A stretch of 64,000 bases of DNA from Candidatus Micrarchaeota archaeon (GTDB lineage Archaea; Micrarchaeota; Micrarchaeia; Norongarragalinales; Norongarragalinaceae): positions 1,224 to 65,223 of the forward strand of contig CAZOKY010000001.1 of assembly GCA_964580705.1 (NCBI GenBank), written 5' to 3'. The position numbers were made by a program, and so were the translations under genes. Positions 9,311 to 19,885 of this stretch are shown here, one piece after another (position 1 is the stretch's first letter; each line of letters begins with the position of its first letter). The notes below the pieces were generated by a model. The model was not told where the DNA came from. It worked only from the letters and a program-made list of their open reading frames with translations, and did not search any database.

Positions 9311-11497
9311 ATGGCAACGAAAGAAGCAGTGGCGGCACACGTTTCGAAACTCATGCGCAACCCGAAAAACATCAGGAACATGGGAATCGTCGCGCACGTC
9401 GACCACGGCAAAACCACGTTGAGCGACACCCTCGTCGCCCGAGCGGGGTTGATTTCGCAAGAACTCGCCGGCGAGCAGCGCGTGCTCGACTATGATGAAC
9501 AAGAGCAAGCGCGCGGAATCACCATCAAAGCCGCGAACATCTCGATCGCGTTCAACCAAAACGGCGAAGACTACCTAATTAATTTGATCGATACGCCGGG
9601 GCACGTGGACTTCGGAGGACACGTGACTCGCGCCATGCGCGCGGTAGACGGCATAATCCTCGTAGTCGACTGCGTCGAAGGAGTAATGCCGCAGACGGAA
9701 ACCGTGCTTCGTCAAGCGATGAAGGAGAAAGTCAGGCCCGTGCTCTTCATAAACAAAATAGACCGGCTCATGAACGAACTCAAACTCGACTTCAACGGAA
9801 TGCAGGAACGCTTCAAAAAAATCATTAACGGAGTCAACAAGCTCGTCGACGATTACGGTCCGCCTGAATTCAAGGAACAATGGAAATTGAAAGTCGATTC
9901 GGGAAACGTCGCGTTCGGCAGCGCGTTCCACAAGTGGGCGATTAGTTACCCCATAATGAAAGAGAAAGGAATCACGTTCAAGGATATTTACGACAAGTGC
10001 GTGAGCGGCGACCACAAATCGCTTCAAGAGAAAGCGCCGCTCGGAGACGTCATTCTCGAGATGGCGGTAACGAAGCTGCCGAACCCGCTCGAAGCGCAAA
10101 AATACCGCATCCCGGTTATTTGGCACGGAGACCAGAATACGCCGCAAGGCAAAGCCATGATCAACTGCGACCCGAACGGTAAAGCGTGCTTCATGGTGAC
10201 CGCGATTCAAGTCGACCCGCACGCGGGAGACGTAGCCGTCGGCCGTTTGTACAGCGGAGTAATCAAGAAAGGAACCGAGTTATACCTCGCCGCGCAGTAC
10301 GCGCGCGAAAAGATTCAAGGCGTGGCAGTTTACATGGGAATCGACCGCGTTACGATCGATGAAGTGCCCGCAGGCAATATTGTTGCGCTCGTGGGGTTAA
10401 AGGAAGTTTACGCCGGCGAAACCGTTTCCGAAGAAGAAATGGAACCGTTCGAGAAAATCAAGCACCACTCCGAGCCAGTCGTCACGAAATCAATCGAAGC
10501 AAAGAACCCGCGCGACCTCATGCGCTTAATCGAAGCCCTCCGCAGAATAGCGAAGGAAGACCCGACGGTGCGCGTCACCCTCAATCAAGAGACGGGAGAA
10601 CACTTGCTCAGCGGAATGGGAGAACTCCACCTCGAAATTATAGAATATAAAATTCGTAACGAGCGGAAAGTAGAAATCGATACGGGACCGCCTATCGTCG
10701 TTTACCACGAGACGGTAGTCCACGAAAGCCCTGAATTGGAAGGAAAATCGCCGAACAAACACAACCGCTTTAAAGTCATAATCAAGCCGCTCGAAGAAAG
10801 CGTTTTGAAGGCGTTCAAGGAAGGCGAAATCGACGAGAAAGCTAAAGGCAAAGACTTGACGGAACGCCTCCTGAAAGCAGGGCTCGCGCGCGACGAAGCC
10901 AAAAACATCATTAAAGTCTTCGAAAACAATCTCTTAATCGACTCGACGAAAGGAGTGCAGTACCTCCAGGAAATCAAGGAGTCGCTGCTTGAAGGATTTG
11001 AGGAAGCAATGACTGCCGGCCCGCTTGCGAAAGAACGCGTAGTCGGAGTCAAAGTCATTCTAACTGACGCGACGATTCACGTGGACCCCGCACACCGAGG
11101 GCCAGCACAGATTATTCCCGCAATCCGCCGCCCCATCTTCGCGGGCATGCTGCTCGCAGGCGCCGTCCTTCAAGAGCCGAAACAGAACTTGTTCGTGACT
11201 GCGCCGGTGGATTACATGAGTTCGATAATCGCGCAAATCCAGTCCCGCCGAGGGCAAATCGGTGAAGTCAACCAGGAAGGCGAAGCCCTCGTCATCAAAG
11301 CGAAGGTGCCCGTCTCGGAAATGTTCGGTTTCGCGAACGAAATCCGCAGCGCATCTCAAGGCCGCGCGGTTTGGTATTACGAGTACGCCGGATACGAGAA
11401 ACTCCCGGCAGGACTCCAGCCGCAAACGATTTCATCAATCAGGAAGCGTAAGGGAGAGCCGGAGACTCCGCCCACGGCGCGCGACTTCATGGATTAA
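9311..11497 (+). CDS. fusA: Elongation factor EF-2
   Basis: [34 protein letters not shown], diphthamide loop HVDPAHRG. Confidence 0.99.
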   Translation: MATKEAVAAHVSKLMRNPKNIRNMGIVAHVDHGKTTLSDTLVARAGLISQELAGEQRVLDYDEQEQARGITIKAANISIAFNQNGEDYLINLIDTPGHVDFGGHVTRAMRAVDGIILVVDCVEGVMPQTETVLRQAMKEKVRPVLFINKIDRLMNELKLDFNGMQERFKKIINGVNKLVDDYGPPEFKEQWKLKVDSGNVAFGSAFHKWAISYPIMKEKGITFKDIYDKCVSGDHKSLQEKAPLGDVILEMAVTKLPNPLEAQKYRIPVIWHGDQNTPQGKAMINCDPNGKACFMVTAIQVDPHAGDVAVGRLYSGVIKKGTELYLAAQYAREKIQGVAVYMGIDRVTIDEVPAGNIVALVGLKEVYAGETVSEEEMEPFEKIKHHSEPVVTKSIEAKNPRDLMRLIEALRRIAKEDPTVRVTLNQETGEHLLSGMGELHLEIIEYKIRNERKVEIDTGPPIVVYHETVVHESPELEGKSPNKHNRFKVIIKPLEESVLKAFKEGEIDEKAKGKDLTERLLKAGLARDEAKNIIKVFENNLLIDSTKGVQYLQEIKESLLEGFEEAMTAGPLAKERVVGVKVILTDATIHVDPAHRGPAQIIPAIRRPIFAGMLLAGAVLQEPKQNLFVTAPVDYMSSIIAQIQSRRGQIGEVNQEGEALVIKAKVPVSEMFGFANEIRSASQGRAVWYYEYAGYEKLPAGLQPQTISSIRKRKGEPETPPTARDFMD

Positions 11498-11536
11498 ACG
11501 GTATTTTGTTCAAAAGCCGCCTGCAACGACGGCTTT

Positions 11537-13060
11537 TTATTTTCTTTTTTTGTTTACTAGCGACAGCAGTTCGTCTTTTATTTTTGCGGCATTGTCACGA
11601 TTCAAGCCGTCCACGTGCATTTCAGCGGCGGAAGAAGCTCCAACCGTCGACAAGTGCACGTCCACCAAGTCGAACGCGTTGTCGAAAATATCTTGGTCGA
11701 CGAAAACGTTTTGCACGCGCGAATAAGGCGCGTAAGCCGTCGTCCTCCCGAAAACCCCCTTGGTTACTTTAAGCACGCCGTCCGTCGTGGCGTAAGCGAA
11801 ATTCTTGAAGTAAGCGCGCTCGTAAACGAATTTGATTAGAATCAGCGCCGCGAACGCGGCAAAACCGTACGGAAGCAAGTTAACGTAATTCGGGAACGGC
11901 GACAAAAAGAAAGGCGCGAAAACCATGGCGGCAATGACGAGAAGGAAAGCGTAAACCGCGAACTTTGTCGTCCTCTTCAAAGGCACCGCTTTCTCGAGAG
12001 GAAACGCTTCGCGCAAATTTCGGTAAACGCCTTTTCCCGCGGCGCCTCCTTTCTCGAACAACAAGTCCTTCAAGGCGTGCGCGTCTTTCGACTTCAAAGC
12101 CGGAATGGAAAAAGTCGAGTAAAGCTCGCCTTCCCTCTGCCCGTCCTGCGCGCCCGTCTCGATTTTCAATGAAGCGATTCCGAAAAAGCGGTAGAAAAAC
12201 GGTTCGTAAATCACGGCGTTTTGAATTCGGTCTAGCCTGCAGTTCGACGTCCTCAGCCGAAAAAGCGAGTACGTAACGTTAAGTTGGCTTCCGCTTACGC
12301 TATAGGAGTAAGGCAAAATCATTGAAACGCCTGCGACAACCCCGGCGACGGCGGAAACGATTAACACGACTAAAGCCGTTTGAGCGTTCGCCGTAACGGT
12401 TCCCGCGTTTGCCACGATGGCGCCTCCGACAAAAAATGACATGACCGCGAGAGCCATTGCGGCGCCTATCAGGAAATAAGCGAGAAACGCAGGCCCCGAA
12501 GCCATTTTGTAAGGCACAGACGCGGTCTCTGCGACGCCCAGCCTCGCTCGAGACGAAACAACTTTTTTTCCGACAACTGATTCCGTCTTCGGCTTGCTTA
12601 GCCTAGCCAATATTTCTTCCCGAAGCCGGCTCGCAACGCCAGCGTCCAAACCGACCAGCATGTTGCCGGAAGAAGCCGCGCTCATAGTGGATATCTTCAA
12701 ATTCTTCAATCCGAGAAGCAAGTCTAAGAATTCCGCATTTTCTTCAACGTTTTGAACCTGGTTGTACAGAAACAGGACTTGCTCCTTGTTGAAAACGCCG
12801 CTTTTCTTGAACACGCCCGCCTCGCGAACTTCGTATTCCGCGCTGCGCCACCATAAATACCCGTAAACGATTGAGCCGACGCATAAAACCAAAAGAAGAA
12901 GTGGCTGGCTCGAAAGCCACAGCGCGGACGAAATCCCTTTCCCAAGGGAGTTCATGAAAACAAAACCAAAAAGGAATAGTAGTGCAACAACAGCCCCAGC
13001 GTAACGGCGAATCAAGTAACGTACGGACGGCTTGTATACGCCGTAAACATCTTCAGTCAA
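11537..13060 (-). CDS. Membrane protein with three bacterial PH (bPH_2) domains, YdbT-like
   Basis: Three repeats of TM pair plus G(V/L)F...Y.RVQNV...D..F.L..V.IST signature. Confidence 0.8.
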   Translation of the reverse strand: MTEDVYGVYKPSVRYLIRRYAGAVVALLFLFGFVFMNSLGKGISSALWLSSQPLLLLVLCVGSIVYGYLWWRSAEYEVREAGVFKKSGVFNKEQVLFLYNQVQNVEENAEFLDLLLGLKNLKISTMSAASSGNMLVGLDAGVASRLREEILARLSKPKTESVVGKKVVSSRARLGVAETASVPYKMASGPAFLAYFLIGAAMALAVMSFFVGGAIVANAGTVTANAQTALVVLIVSAVAGVVAGVSMILPYSYSVSGSQLNVTYSLFRLRTSNCRLDRIQNAVIYEPFFYRFFGIASLKIETGAQDGQREGELYSTFSIPALKSKDAHALKDLLFEKGGAAGKGVYRNLREAFPLEKAVPLKRTTKFAVYAFLLVIAAMVFAPFFLSPFPNYVNLLPYGFAAFAALILIKFVYERAYFKNFAYATTDGVLKVTKGVFGRTTAYAPYSRVQNVFVDQDIFDNAFDLVDVHLSTVGASSAAEMHVDGLNRDNAAKIKDELLSLVNKKRK

Positions 13061-13556
13061 AACCAGTCACCTTGCTTCGCTTGCCCTTGATTTTCGCCAG
13101 CAGCAGCTTGCGAATCGCTTCGGCGTTCTCGGCGTTCACGCCGTCGACGTGGGCTTCAAAAGCCGACATCGACGTCGCAGTCGAAACGTGCACGTCGAAA
13201 AGCTTGAATAAACGGTCGAAGACGTCCTGGTCCATGTAAACGTCCTGCAGTTTCTCGTAAGGCAGATTCGTTTCGCGCGGCGTAATCCAGCCCTTGCGTA
13301 TTACGAGCACGTCTTCGGCAGCGTCGTAAAAGTAGGCTTTGAAATAATTGTTTTCGTAAACCCACTGCCAGACCGCCCACGCTAGCCAGAAAACTGGCAA
13401 GCACATGAAAAACGTCGGCGACAACAATTCAGGTTTCCAGGAAAACAAGGCGACCGTCAGAATCGCGAAAAAAACGAGCCAGCGAACCATGGTTGAAACG
13501 AAGCGCTTCACTATCTTCCTGCGCTCCAAAGGAAATTTTTGAATCAACGCCGCCAT
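13053..13556 (-). CDS. Membrane protein with one bPH_2 domain, YdbS-like
   Basis: Two TM helices then IRKGWITPRETNLPYEKLQDVYMDQDVFDRLF; overlaps the ydbT-like start. Confidence 0.8.
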   Translation of the reverse strand: MAALIQKFPLERRKIVKRFVSTMVRWLVFFAILTVALFSWKPELLSPTFFMCLPVFWLAWAVWQWVYENNYFKAYFYDAAEDVLVIRKGWITPRETNLPYEKLQDVYMDQDVFDRLFKLFDVHVSTATSMSAFEAHVDGVNAENAEAIRKLLLAKIKGKRSKVTGFD

Positions 13557-13603
13557 CGCCAATCACCTGACAAAAACTGAAACGAGGTTCGAGTTCAATC
13601 GGT

Positions 13604-13774
13604 TCACTTGTTTTTTTTCAACGCGACTACCGCAGCTAACACCAGCAGGATTACGCCTACGGCGAGGAAAAGGTAGCCCAAGCCGATGTTGAAGTTCCAC
13701 ATTATCGGACCTAGGAACAACATCGACACCACGCCGAGAAACGCGATTATTAACGCGATTATTTTCTTGTCCAC
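13604..13774 (-). CDS. Small two-TM membrane protein (56 aa)
   Basis: Manual translation MDKKIIALIIAFLGVVSMLFLGPIMWNFNIGLGYLFLAVGVILLVLAAVVALKKNK; GAGGTG SD before GTG; below ORF-track cutoff. Confidence 0.75.
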   Translation of the reverse strand: MDKKIIALIIAFLGVVSMLFLGPIMWNFNIGLGYLFLAVGVILLVLAAVVALKKNK

Positions 13775-13786
13775 AAAAACACCTCT

Positions 13787-14401
13787 TCAAATCTCTTGTT
13801 CGATTATTTTCGCAATCACTTTAGAGTTAGCCAATATTTTTTCTTGAGTTTCCTTGCTTCCGACAGCGACGGAGTAATCAAAGAGCTTTACGCCTTCTTT
13901 CCAGTTTAGTATTCTGACCATGGATTTTCCTTTGTAGAAAACCAACTCGCTTAATATTCCCTCGTCATACAATTCGGCGGACGCCTCCCCGAACTCGCTG
14001 GTTCCCGTACGCGACTTGACGAAATCCAAATAACTCTGCTTAATCGAAACCGCGGGCTTATCGTAGTACGCTAAGAAAACAGTGTAATAAATTCCGTCGT
14101 CTTGAAGAACCTTGAACGGCGCGGCAGAACAATACCGTGAATTAGAAACGTCTTTTCTTTCTCTCGTTACGCTAGCGGCGCCGTTAAAGCCAGTCGCAAC
14201 CAGTTTTCCAACAGTCAATAAATCATCAGCATAACCGCAGTAAACACTTGATGCGGATGCTGTAGGCGCATAAGTAGCCGCGACTGTTTGTACAAAAGGA
14301 CTGGCGACAACCGCGGGAGACTGCGAGCCGTCGTCCATGCAGCCGAACAACAAAACGCTGAACGCTAAAACCAATGCTAATCCAAAACCTGATGCTCGCA
14401 T
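13787..14401 (-). CDS. Putative lipoprotein
   Basis: Signal peptide ending in LLFGC, Ser/Thr/Pro linker, globular domain with two Cys. Confidence 0.7.
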   Translation of the reverse strand: MRASGFGLALVLAFSVLLFGCMDDGSQSPAVVASPFVQTVAATYAPTASASSVYCGYADDLLTVGKLVATGFNGAASVTRERKDVSNSRYCSAAPFKVLQDDGIYYTVFLAYYDKPAVSIKQSYLDFVKSRTGTSEFGEASAELYDEGILSELVFYKGKSMVRILNWKEGVKLFDYSVAVGSKETQEKILANSKVIAKIIEQEI

Positions 14402-14449
14402 TAAAAACACCAATCAAATTCCAAGTCAAACTTGAATAAAAACATGCGT

Positions 14450-16063
14450 TCAACCAACGTTTTTTAGTCGCGCCGCAGCGAATCCTCGTTCCAACGCGTT
14501 CAGCAACGGCAAGAGCTTCGGCCCGCGCTCTCTGCCGATGAAGACGCCGTATGCGGCAGCAAAAAATTCCTGGATTTTAATGCCGTGCGCGGCGCACAAA
14601 CGCTTTATTTCCTCTGCTTGCGCGTCCGCGTCGTCGTGCAACGCGAAAAACTCGCCGAAATCAGCCAAAGCAGCCTTGGCGTTCAAATCAAGGGAATGAA
14701 AACGCTTGACCGCCTCTTCTCGCGTTAAAATCCTGAGCTTCGCTTCCTCGGGCGCCAGCTTCTCGAGCCAAACGCGCGCGTAACCAGCGCGTTCAGCCAA
14801 CAGTTTCTTCTCGTCGCTCGTCAACGCGCTTCCTTTCTGCTTCGCGAAAACCGTTTCCGCGTCCGCGCCGGGAATCTGGCTCACGGCAGCAACGAACGAG
14901 AATTGCGGGCGAAACATTTTCTTGGTTTCAATCAAATGCGAGAGCGCGTAAATGCGCGGCACGTCCGGGTCACGCGCCTCTTTTTCCTTGAAATAAACGG
15001 CTGCGGCTTCGTCGAATTGGTCGAATAAACGCGGAATCGTCTCGCCGCTAGGGTCAAAGTCAATCGCGCTCGCCGGCTTGTATTTAGTCATCAAAAAGCG
15101 GAGGAGTTCAGGCGGCAACAACGCGGCTACTTCGCTCGCGCTCACGCCGAGTCCTTTGCTTGAACTCATTTTCTTTCCGCCAATCAAAAAGAATTCGTAA
15201 GGCACGTTCACCGGTGGCTCGCGCTTGTAAACCTCGCGGTAAATAGCTTCAGCGACGTCCCGCGAACCGCCTGTCGTCGAATGGTCTTTCCCAGCGCCTT
15301 CAATGGTGACTCCCAGAATAAAGAATTTCGCGGGCCACTCGACTTTCCACGGAAGCTTCGCGCGCCCACCGAACGGAGAAACGCGCCCTTCGTACCCGCA
15401 GCCCTTCGCCCACGAAACGTAATTCGCGAGACATTTGTATTCAACTGTTTGGGTTTCGGGGTCGTAACTCGTGACTTTCGTCGTGCCTATGCGGCCGCAT
15501 TGCTCGCACACGACGCTCAACGGAAACCAATCCGCGTCTTTCGCTCCGCCGCTCACGCGCTCGTAAATCTCGCGTATTTTGGCGGCGTTCTCGAGCGTGA
15601 GCTTGATCGCTTCATCGTATTTCCCACGCTTGTAGTAGTCGCTTCCCCAGTAAATCTTCGGCTTCGCGCCCAAGCGCTCGAACACTTCCTGAAACTCGCG
15701 GAAATAATAGTCAGCATAGTTTTTGGCTCCGCTTGCGCCGTCGTCCGGCGCGGGCACAACGCACAACGGCTTGCCCATGAACTCCGCATACTTTTTCTTA
15801 TCGAGATAAATGGGAAGCGAATCCATTGGGTCGAAGTCGTCGACTCCGTAATAATAAACGCTTTTCACGCCCGCGTCGAGAAGGGCGCGGTGAATGATAT
15901 CGTGAATAATCACGCCGCGCAACGCGCCCACGTGCACGCGTCCGCTCGGCGTCTTCTCGTCTTCAACAACCTGCGGTTTTCCCGTTGCCGCGGCTGCGCG
16001 CGCGATTTGATCCGCCCAAAACATGTCGCGCTTCTCGTTTTTTTCTTTTTTAATTTCAGCCAT
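14450..16063 (-). CDS. lysS: Lysine--tRNA ligase, class I
   Basis: FWAD, TPSGRVHVG, DDFDPM, KLPWKVEWP, EGAGKDH, KMSSSKG, GPKL. Confidence 0.97.
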   Translation of the reverse strand: MAEIKKEKNEKRDMFWADQIARAAAATGKPQVVEDEKTPSGRVHVGALRGVIIHDIIHRALLDAGVKSVYYYGVDDFDPMDSLPIYLDKKKYAEFMGKPLCVVPAPDDGASGAKNYADYYFREFQEVFERLGAKPKIYWGSDYYKRGKYDEAIKLTLENAAKIREIYERVSGGAKDADWFPLSVVCEQCGRIGTTKVTSYDPETQTVEYKCLANYVSWAKGCGYEGRVSPFGGRAKLPWKVEWPAKFFILGVTIEGAGKDHSTTGGSRDVAEAIYREVYKREPPVNVPYEFFLIGGKKMSSSKGLGVSASEVAALLPPELLRFLMTKYKPASAIDFDPSGETIPRLFDQFDEAAAVYFKEKEARDPDVPRIYALSHLIETKKMFRPQFSFVAAVSQIPGADAETVFAKQKGSALTSDEKKLLAERAGYARVWLEKLAPEEAKLRILTREEAVKRFHSLDLNAKAALADFGEFFALHDDADAQAEEIKRLCAAHGIKIQEFFAAAYGVFIGRERGPKLLPLLNALERGFAAARLKNVG

Positions 16064-16110
16064 GAAAAACCACTTTAAACGTTACCGCTAGGAAAAATAA
16101 AACGCGTCGC

Positions 16111-17304
16111 TTACGGTTGAATCCACTCGATCTCGTAATACTCGTACTTGCTTCCAGGAAGCTCAATGCGCTTCACGCGATAATACGTGATGCTCGTCTC
16201 GCGGTCGCAAATCGCGAGCACGAGATCGAGCCCCAACTGCTTCGCCTGTTCGAGCCCGCGCGCCAGCTCCGCGCCGCCCAACTCTTCTTCCTCGCTGAGC
16301 GCCAGCATTACGAACTTCGGTTTCCCAGTCCGCGGGTTCTCAGGCACGCTGCCCGCGCTCTCGCGGTGGTAAAGCAGGAAGTCGAGTTCGCTCGCTTCGA
16401 CGCGCTTCGCGCCGGGAATCGCGAGAATAAACGTCTTGCGCACGCCGTGCGCCACGCGAATCGCCCGCGCCCACTCGCTGATGAGCATTCTTGCTTCGCG
16501 CGGGAAAACGTGGATGACGTGCTTCGAGTGCATCCACTCGCCTTCGCCGAGCCCCGGGCTCGCGCCCGGGAAGTACAAGCGAAAGTGAGTGCCGAACTTG
16601 AAACCCGTCTTGACGACGAACCCACGCAAGCGCCAGTCTTCGTAAACCGAGTAAAGCGCGGGAAAATCGCTGCGGCGCGCAGTCGCGTCCTTAACGAGTT
16701 TTTTCTCTTTAACGTTGAGCACGAAACAAGCGTGCTTCATGAGGAACAACGTCTCGTAAGCGTCGAGTTTGAGAAAGCGACCGTGCTTCTTCGCCTTGTA
16801 CGTCCCCCACTGGCCGAACCAATTCTTTTCATACAACGCCTGCCCCTCGACGTCGTCATCGATGATCGACATCAAATCGTCGCTGAAGAACAAGCCTTTA
16901 GCCTTCACTTCGGGAAAATCGCTCGGTTTGCACGGGTACTTCTGTAACGGGCTGCGTCCGTAATTCGCGTTCGCATCCGCTTCATCGATGGGGCGCGCGA
17001 TGAGCCCGCGGTCACGCCAATCCTTGAAGCAAAAATAACGGGCGAGGAATTTCGGGTTGTTTTGAAACTTCGCCGCGACGGCATTAAACGAAAGCTCCTT
17101 TTTTTTCGCGTGGCACTTCGCGTTCCGCACGTCGATTAAATAAAGCGCTTCCTCGGGCGTCAACTCGATTTGAGTTTTTTTCCCGTCAAATTCGGTGCCG
17201 AAAAACGAGCGGTCGAGAGCTTGAACGGTGATTAAGTCGGTTACGACGACGTGTTCATCGCCTTTCTTGCCGACGACGCTTAATTCAGTAGTCACGAACT
17301 TCAT
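16111..17304 (-). CDS. endA: tRNA-intron endonuclease, probable three-unit epsilon2 type
   Basis: 397 aa; repeated LTPEEALYL / LDAYETLFL units, VYEDWRLRGFVVKTGFKFGTHFRLY catalytic unit, HS, AHGVRK, terminal IEWIQP. Confidence 0.93.
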   Translation of the reverse strand: MKFVTTELSVVGKKGDEHVVVTDLITVQALDRSFFGTEFDGKKTQIELTPEEALYLIDVRNAKCHAKKKELSFNAVAAKFQNNPKFLARYFCFKDWRDRGLIARPIDEADANANYGRSPLQKYPCKPSDFPEVKAKGLFFSDDLMSIIDDDVEGQALYEKNWFGQWGTYKAKKHGRFLKLDAYETLFLMKHACFVLNVKEKKLVKDATARRSDFPALYSVYEDWRLRGFVVKTGFKFGTHFRLYFPGASPGLGEGEWMHSKHVIHVFPREARMLISEWARAIRVAHGVRKTFILAIPGAKRVEASELDFLLYHRESAGSVPENPRTGKPKFVMLALSEEEELGGAELARGLEQAKQLGLDLVLAICDRETSITYYRVKRIELPGSKYEYYEIEWIQP

Positions 17305-17488
17305 TCCTCCGAAAACCGCGCCGAACGAACGAAAAAAAACGTCGCGACTGCGGCCGATTGAGTGATTAACTGGTTTTTAGGCGCCGCAGTATTTAAAACC
17401 AGTCAACCCCTAAGAATAATGTGAGGGAAGCTTAAAGGAAAACGTCGAGGAAAACTTCGAACGTTTTCAAGGCTTTCACGGTGGGAAA

Positions 17489-18133
17489 ATGAAGTTTTTC
17501 AAGCACGGAGACGTTCTAGCGATTACGCTGCCGGAATCGTTGCGCGCGCAATCCCGCGTCACGGCGGGCGACGAGTACGAGTGGTTCGAAGTAGAACCCG
17601 GATTCTTCGCTCTCGTCGAAAAAAACAAGCTCGGAGGACAAGTCAGGCAATCGTTTACGGTCACGCTAGTCAAAAAAGCTTTCGAGGCAAGCGAAGCAGC
17701 CGCGCAAACAACTGGGGGGACGGTAACGCCGATTCGCGCGGAAGGAAGGCAAACGCCGCGAGGCGCCGGCGGCGCAGCCGGCGGCGGAAGCTGCGCGCCT
17801 GCCAAGACGGAGCTCGAAGACCGCGGTTTCCTGATAGTGCAAAACGAAGTAGAGGCGAAAGCGTTAAGCGTCGCGCTCGAAGGAGACATCAAGGCGGGCG
17901 CGGTGCGAGGCGTGCGCGGTTTCGACAAAAAATATTACATCGCCACGCAAGCCTACCTGAAGGATTTAACGCCGAAAATAAAGAAGATTTTGAGCGAGCG
18001 GCCGCTCGCGGGCGGAGCAATCGCGGCTGCGGCGAAGGAAGACGCGGAAGGAACGCTCGCAGTGCTTTACGTCCTCAAGGAGGAAGGCGAAGTAATCGAA
18101 AAGAAGCGAGGAATCTTCGCCCTCGTAAAGTAA
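17489..18133 (+). CDS. Putative DNA-binding protein, N-terminal AbrB/SpoVT-like and C-terminal winged-helix-like domains
   Basis: KHGDVLAITLP...AGDEYEW swapped-hairpin pattern; C-terminal LYVLKEEGEVIEKKRGIFALV wing pattern. Confidence 0.6.
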   Translation: MKFFKHGDVLAITLPESLRAQSRVTAGDEYEWFEVEPGFFALVEKNKLGGQVRQSFTVTLVKKAFEASEAAAQTTGGTVTPIRAEGRQTPRGAGGAAGGGSCAPAKTELEDRGFLIVQNEVEAKALSVALEGDIKAGAVRGVRGFDKKYYIATQAYLKDLTPKIKKILSERPLAGGAIAAAAKEDAEGTLAVLYVLKEEGEVIEKKRGIFALVK

Positions 18134-18161
18134 GGCGCTTTAAGCGTAAGCGTTTCGCGGT

Positions 18162-18911
18162 TTACTTCTTTTTTCGTCCCGAGGTTTTAGCCGCTAATTG
18201 CCGATAGCCGTTCCAAGAATCGTAGCCTTTGCTGTACTCCCAAAACCGTTTCAAATCGCGGTGAAAATCAGGGCGGACGTCGTCCAACTCTTTATTCAAA
18301 AACCCGTGCAGCAACGCCAGCAAAGTCCGGGGGCAAGTCTTGTCATTTGAGTGGTCCCGCGCCGCGTACCGGGCTTCGCGGTAGACGTGTTCGGCTTCAT
18401 CGCGAGTCAAACTCTTGCCTAAAAAACTGATTTTGTCGGCGGGCGTTCTCAAGTCTGCTTCCAACCGCAGCAACGCGTCGTGCAAAGGAATTACTTTAGA
18501 ATGGTAAGCGCCGACTACGCCCGCGACGTCGTCTCGAAAAAAACTCAAATCCCGGCTGTGATTGAGAAAAGCATCAGGACCAAACAACTCTTCGTTTTTT
18601 TCAAACCCCGTCTTTTTTCTCCAAAACAAAAACCCGCTTCTTGTTTTCCGAGTTAAAACGAAGCCGTATACCGCTACGGGTGCTGCGGTTGCCGCTTGAA
18701 CAGTAGGATCACGCCGGAAACAGTCTTTGTTAAAAGACAACTTGCCCCATTTGCGATCCAACTCCTTGTGACGCGCATCGAACGCATCCGCCGCTTCGCG
18801 CAAACGCTTGTTGAACTCGCCGAAAGCCTCGCGCTCGCGTTCATTAAACACTCGGCGCCTGACTTTGGGGATTGGAAGAAGAGCCGAACGGACGAACTTT
18901 GGCGCGCTCAT
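18162..18911 (-). CDS. Hypothetical protein (ORFan)
   Basis: About 250-aa open frame directly downstream of the Sec61beta gene; no motif recognised. Confidence 0.6.
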   Translation of the reverse strand: MSAPKFVRSALLPIPKVRRRVFNEREREAFGEFNKRLREAADAFDARHKELDRKWGKLSFNKDCFRRDPTVQAATAAPVAVYGFVLTRKTRSGFLFWRKKTGFEKNEELFGPDAFLNHSRDLSFFRDDVAGVVGAYHSKVIPLHDALLRLEADLRTPADKISFLGKSLTRDEAEHVYREARYAARDHSNDKTCPRTLLALLHGFLNKELDDVRPDFHRDLKRFWEYSKGYDSWNGYRQLAAKTSGRKKK

Positions 18912-18925
18912 GAACGGGCACCGCG

Positions 18926-19084
18926 TCAAAACTTTACTGATTGCACGATTAATTCGAGAACGATGAAAACCAGCGTTGCTCCGACGACGACTTTAGGATC
19001 CAAAAGAATCTTGCTCGACGTGACGTCGTAGAAGCGAATCAAGCCCGTGCTGCTTGAAGGAGCGTTAATCTTGTCTTGAGCCAT
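18926..19084 (-). CDS. secG: Preprotein translocase subunit Sec61beta
   Basis: Manual translation MAQDKINAPSSSTGLIRFYDVTSSKILLDPKVVVGATLVFIVLELIVQSVKF; GLIRFY..DP plus TM signature; not in ORF track. Confidence 0.92.
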   Translation of the reverse strand: MAQDKINAPSSSTGLIRFYDVTSSKILLDPKVVVGATLVFIVLELIVQSVKF

Positions 19085-19201
19085 GCGAAACAAACACCCT
19101 TTTTTCTTTTTTCCTTTTCTCTTTTCCTTTTTCCAGTTGAGAAAATAACTTACGTTTAAACCATTATTTAATGGCTTTCAAAACGCCGCCGCGTCACTGC
19201 T

Positions 19202-19828
19202 TCAACGCTTCAACGCTTTCTCCCGCGCCCGCAACGCCTGCTCGCCCGCCTCACGCATGCTCGCGCCAACGCTCAAAAAACCGTGCGCCCGCAAAACGAT
19301 GAAATCGCGTTTTCCAAGCGTTTTCACTGCCTCACGCGCGAGTTCAAGCGTCCCGTACTCCTCGAACTTGCGCGTTTGAGGAAAACCAAGCGCTTCCGCA
19401 CGCTTCACTATCTCGTCACCGTGGCCGTGAAACACGGCGTTAACGTCCCGCCTCGCGGCGTAAACAGCGTGATGCATTATTGCTTCGCTGCTCGGAGCGA
19501 AAGCGCCGCGCGCGTAAACGACGCGGCGTTCTTCATCGACTCGGTCGACGAACGCGAGTTCGCCTGCGCTCAAGTCAACCGCAGGCATCCCCGTAGGCGT
19601 TATAACGAACTGGTTTTCGCCTGCGCCGACGCGCAAGCGGTAACTCAAGTTTCCCGCGCTAGCGACGCCTCCGTTTCCGTCAGCCTTTCGGTAATCCGGC
19701 CGCAATCCGAAGTCGTGAAACCGCAGGCTCCATCCGCAGAGCTCTCTCGCGCGGGCGTCGCCCGCCAAACGCGGCGCGGCTCCGCGCAAGACGCACGAAT
19801 ACTTTACGCCGACGTATTTTTCAGTCAT
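19202..19828 (-). CDS. Class II aldolase/adducin family protein
   Basis: GNLS, ITPTG, PSSE..MH, VFHGH, RAHG Zn-binding motifs. Confidence 0.88.
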   Translation of the reverse strand: MTEKYVGVKYSCVLRGAAPRLAGDARARELCGWSLRFHDFGLRPDYRKADGNGGVASAGNLSYRLRVGAGENQFVITPTGMPAVDLSAGELAFVDRVDEERRVVYARGAFAPSSEAIMHHAVYAARRDVNAVFHGHGDEIVKRAEALGFPQTRKFEEYGTLELAREAVKTLGKRDFIVLRAHGFLSVGASMREAGEQALRAREKALKR

Positions 19829-19885
19829 GAAACGTCACAGTCACAAACGATTTTTCAAAACTACAAGCGAAGTTTAACGCGGGGC

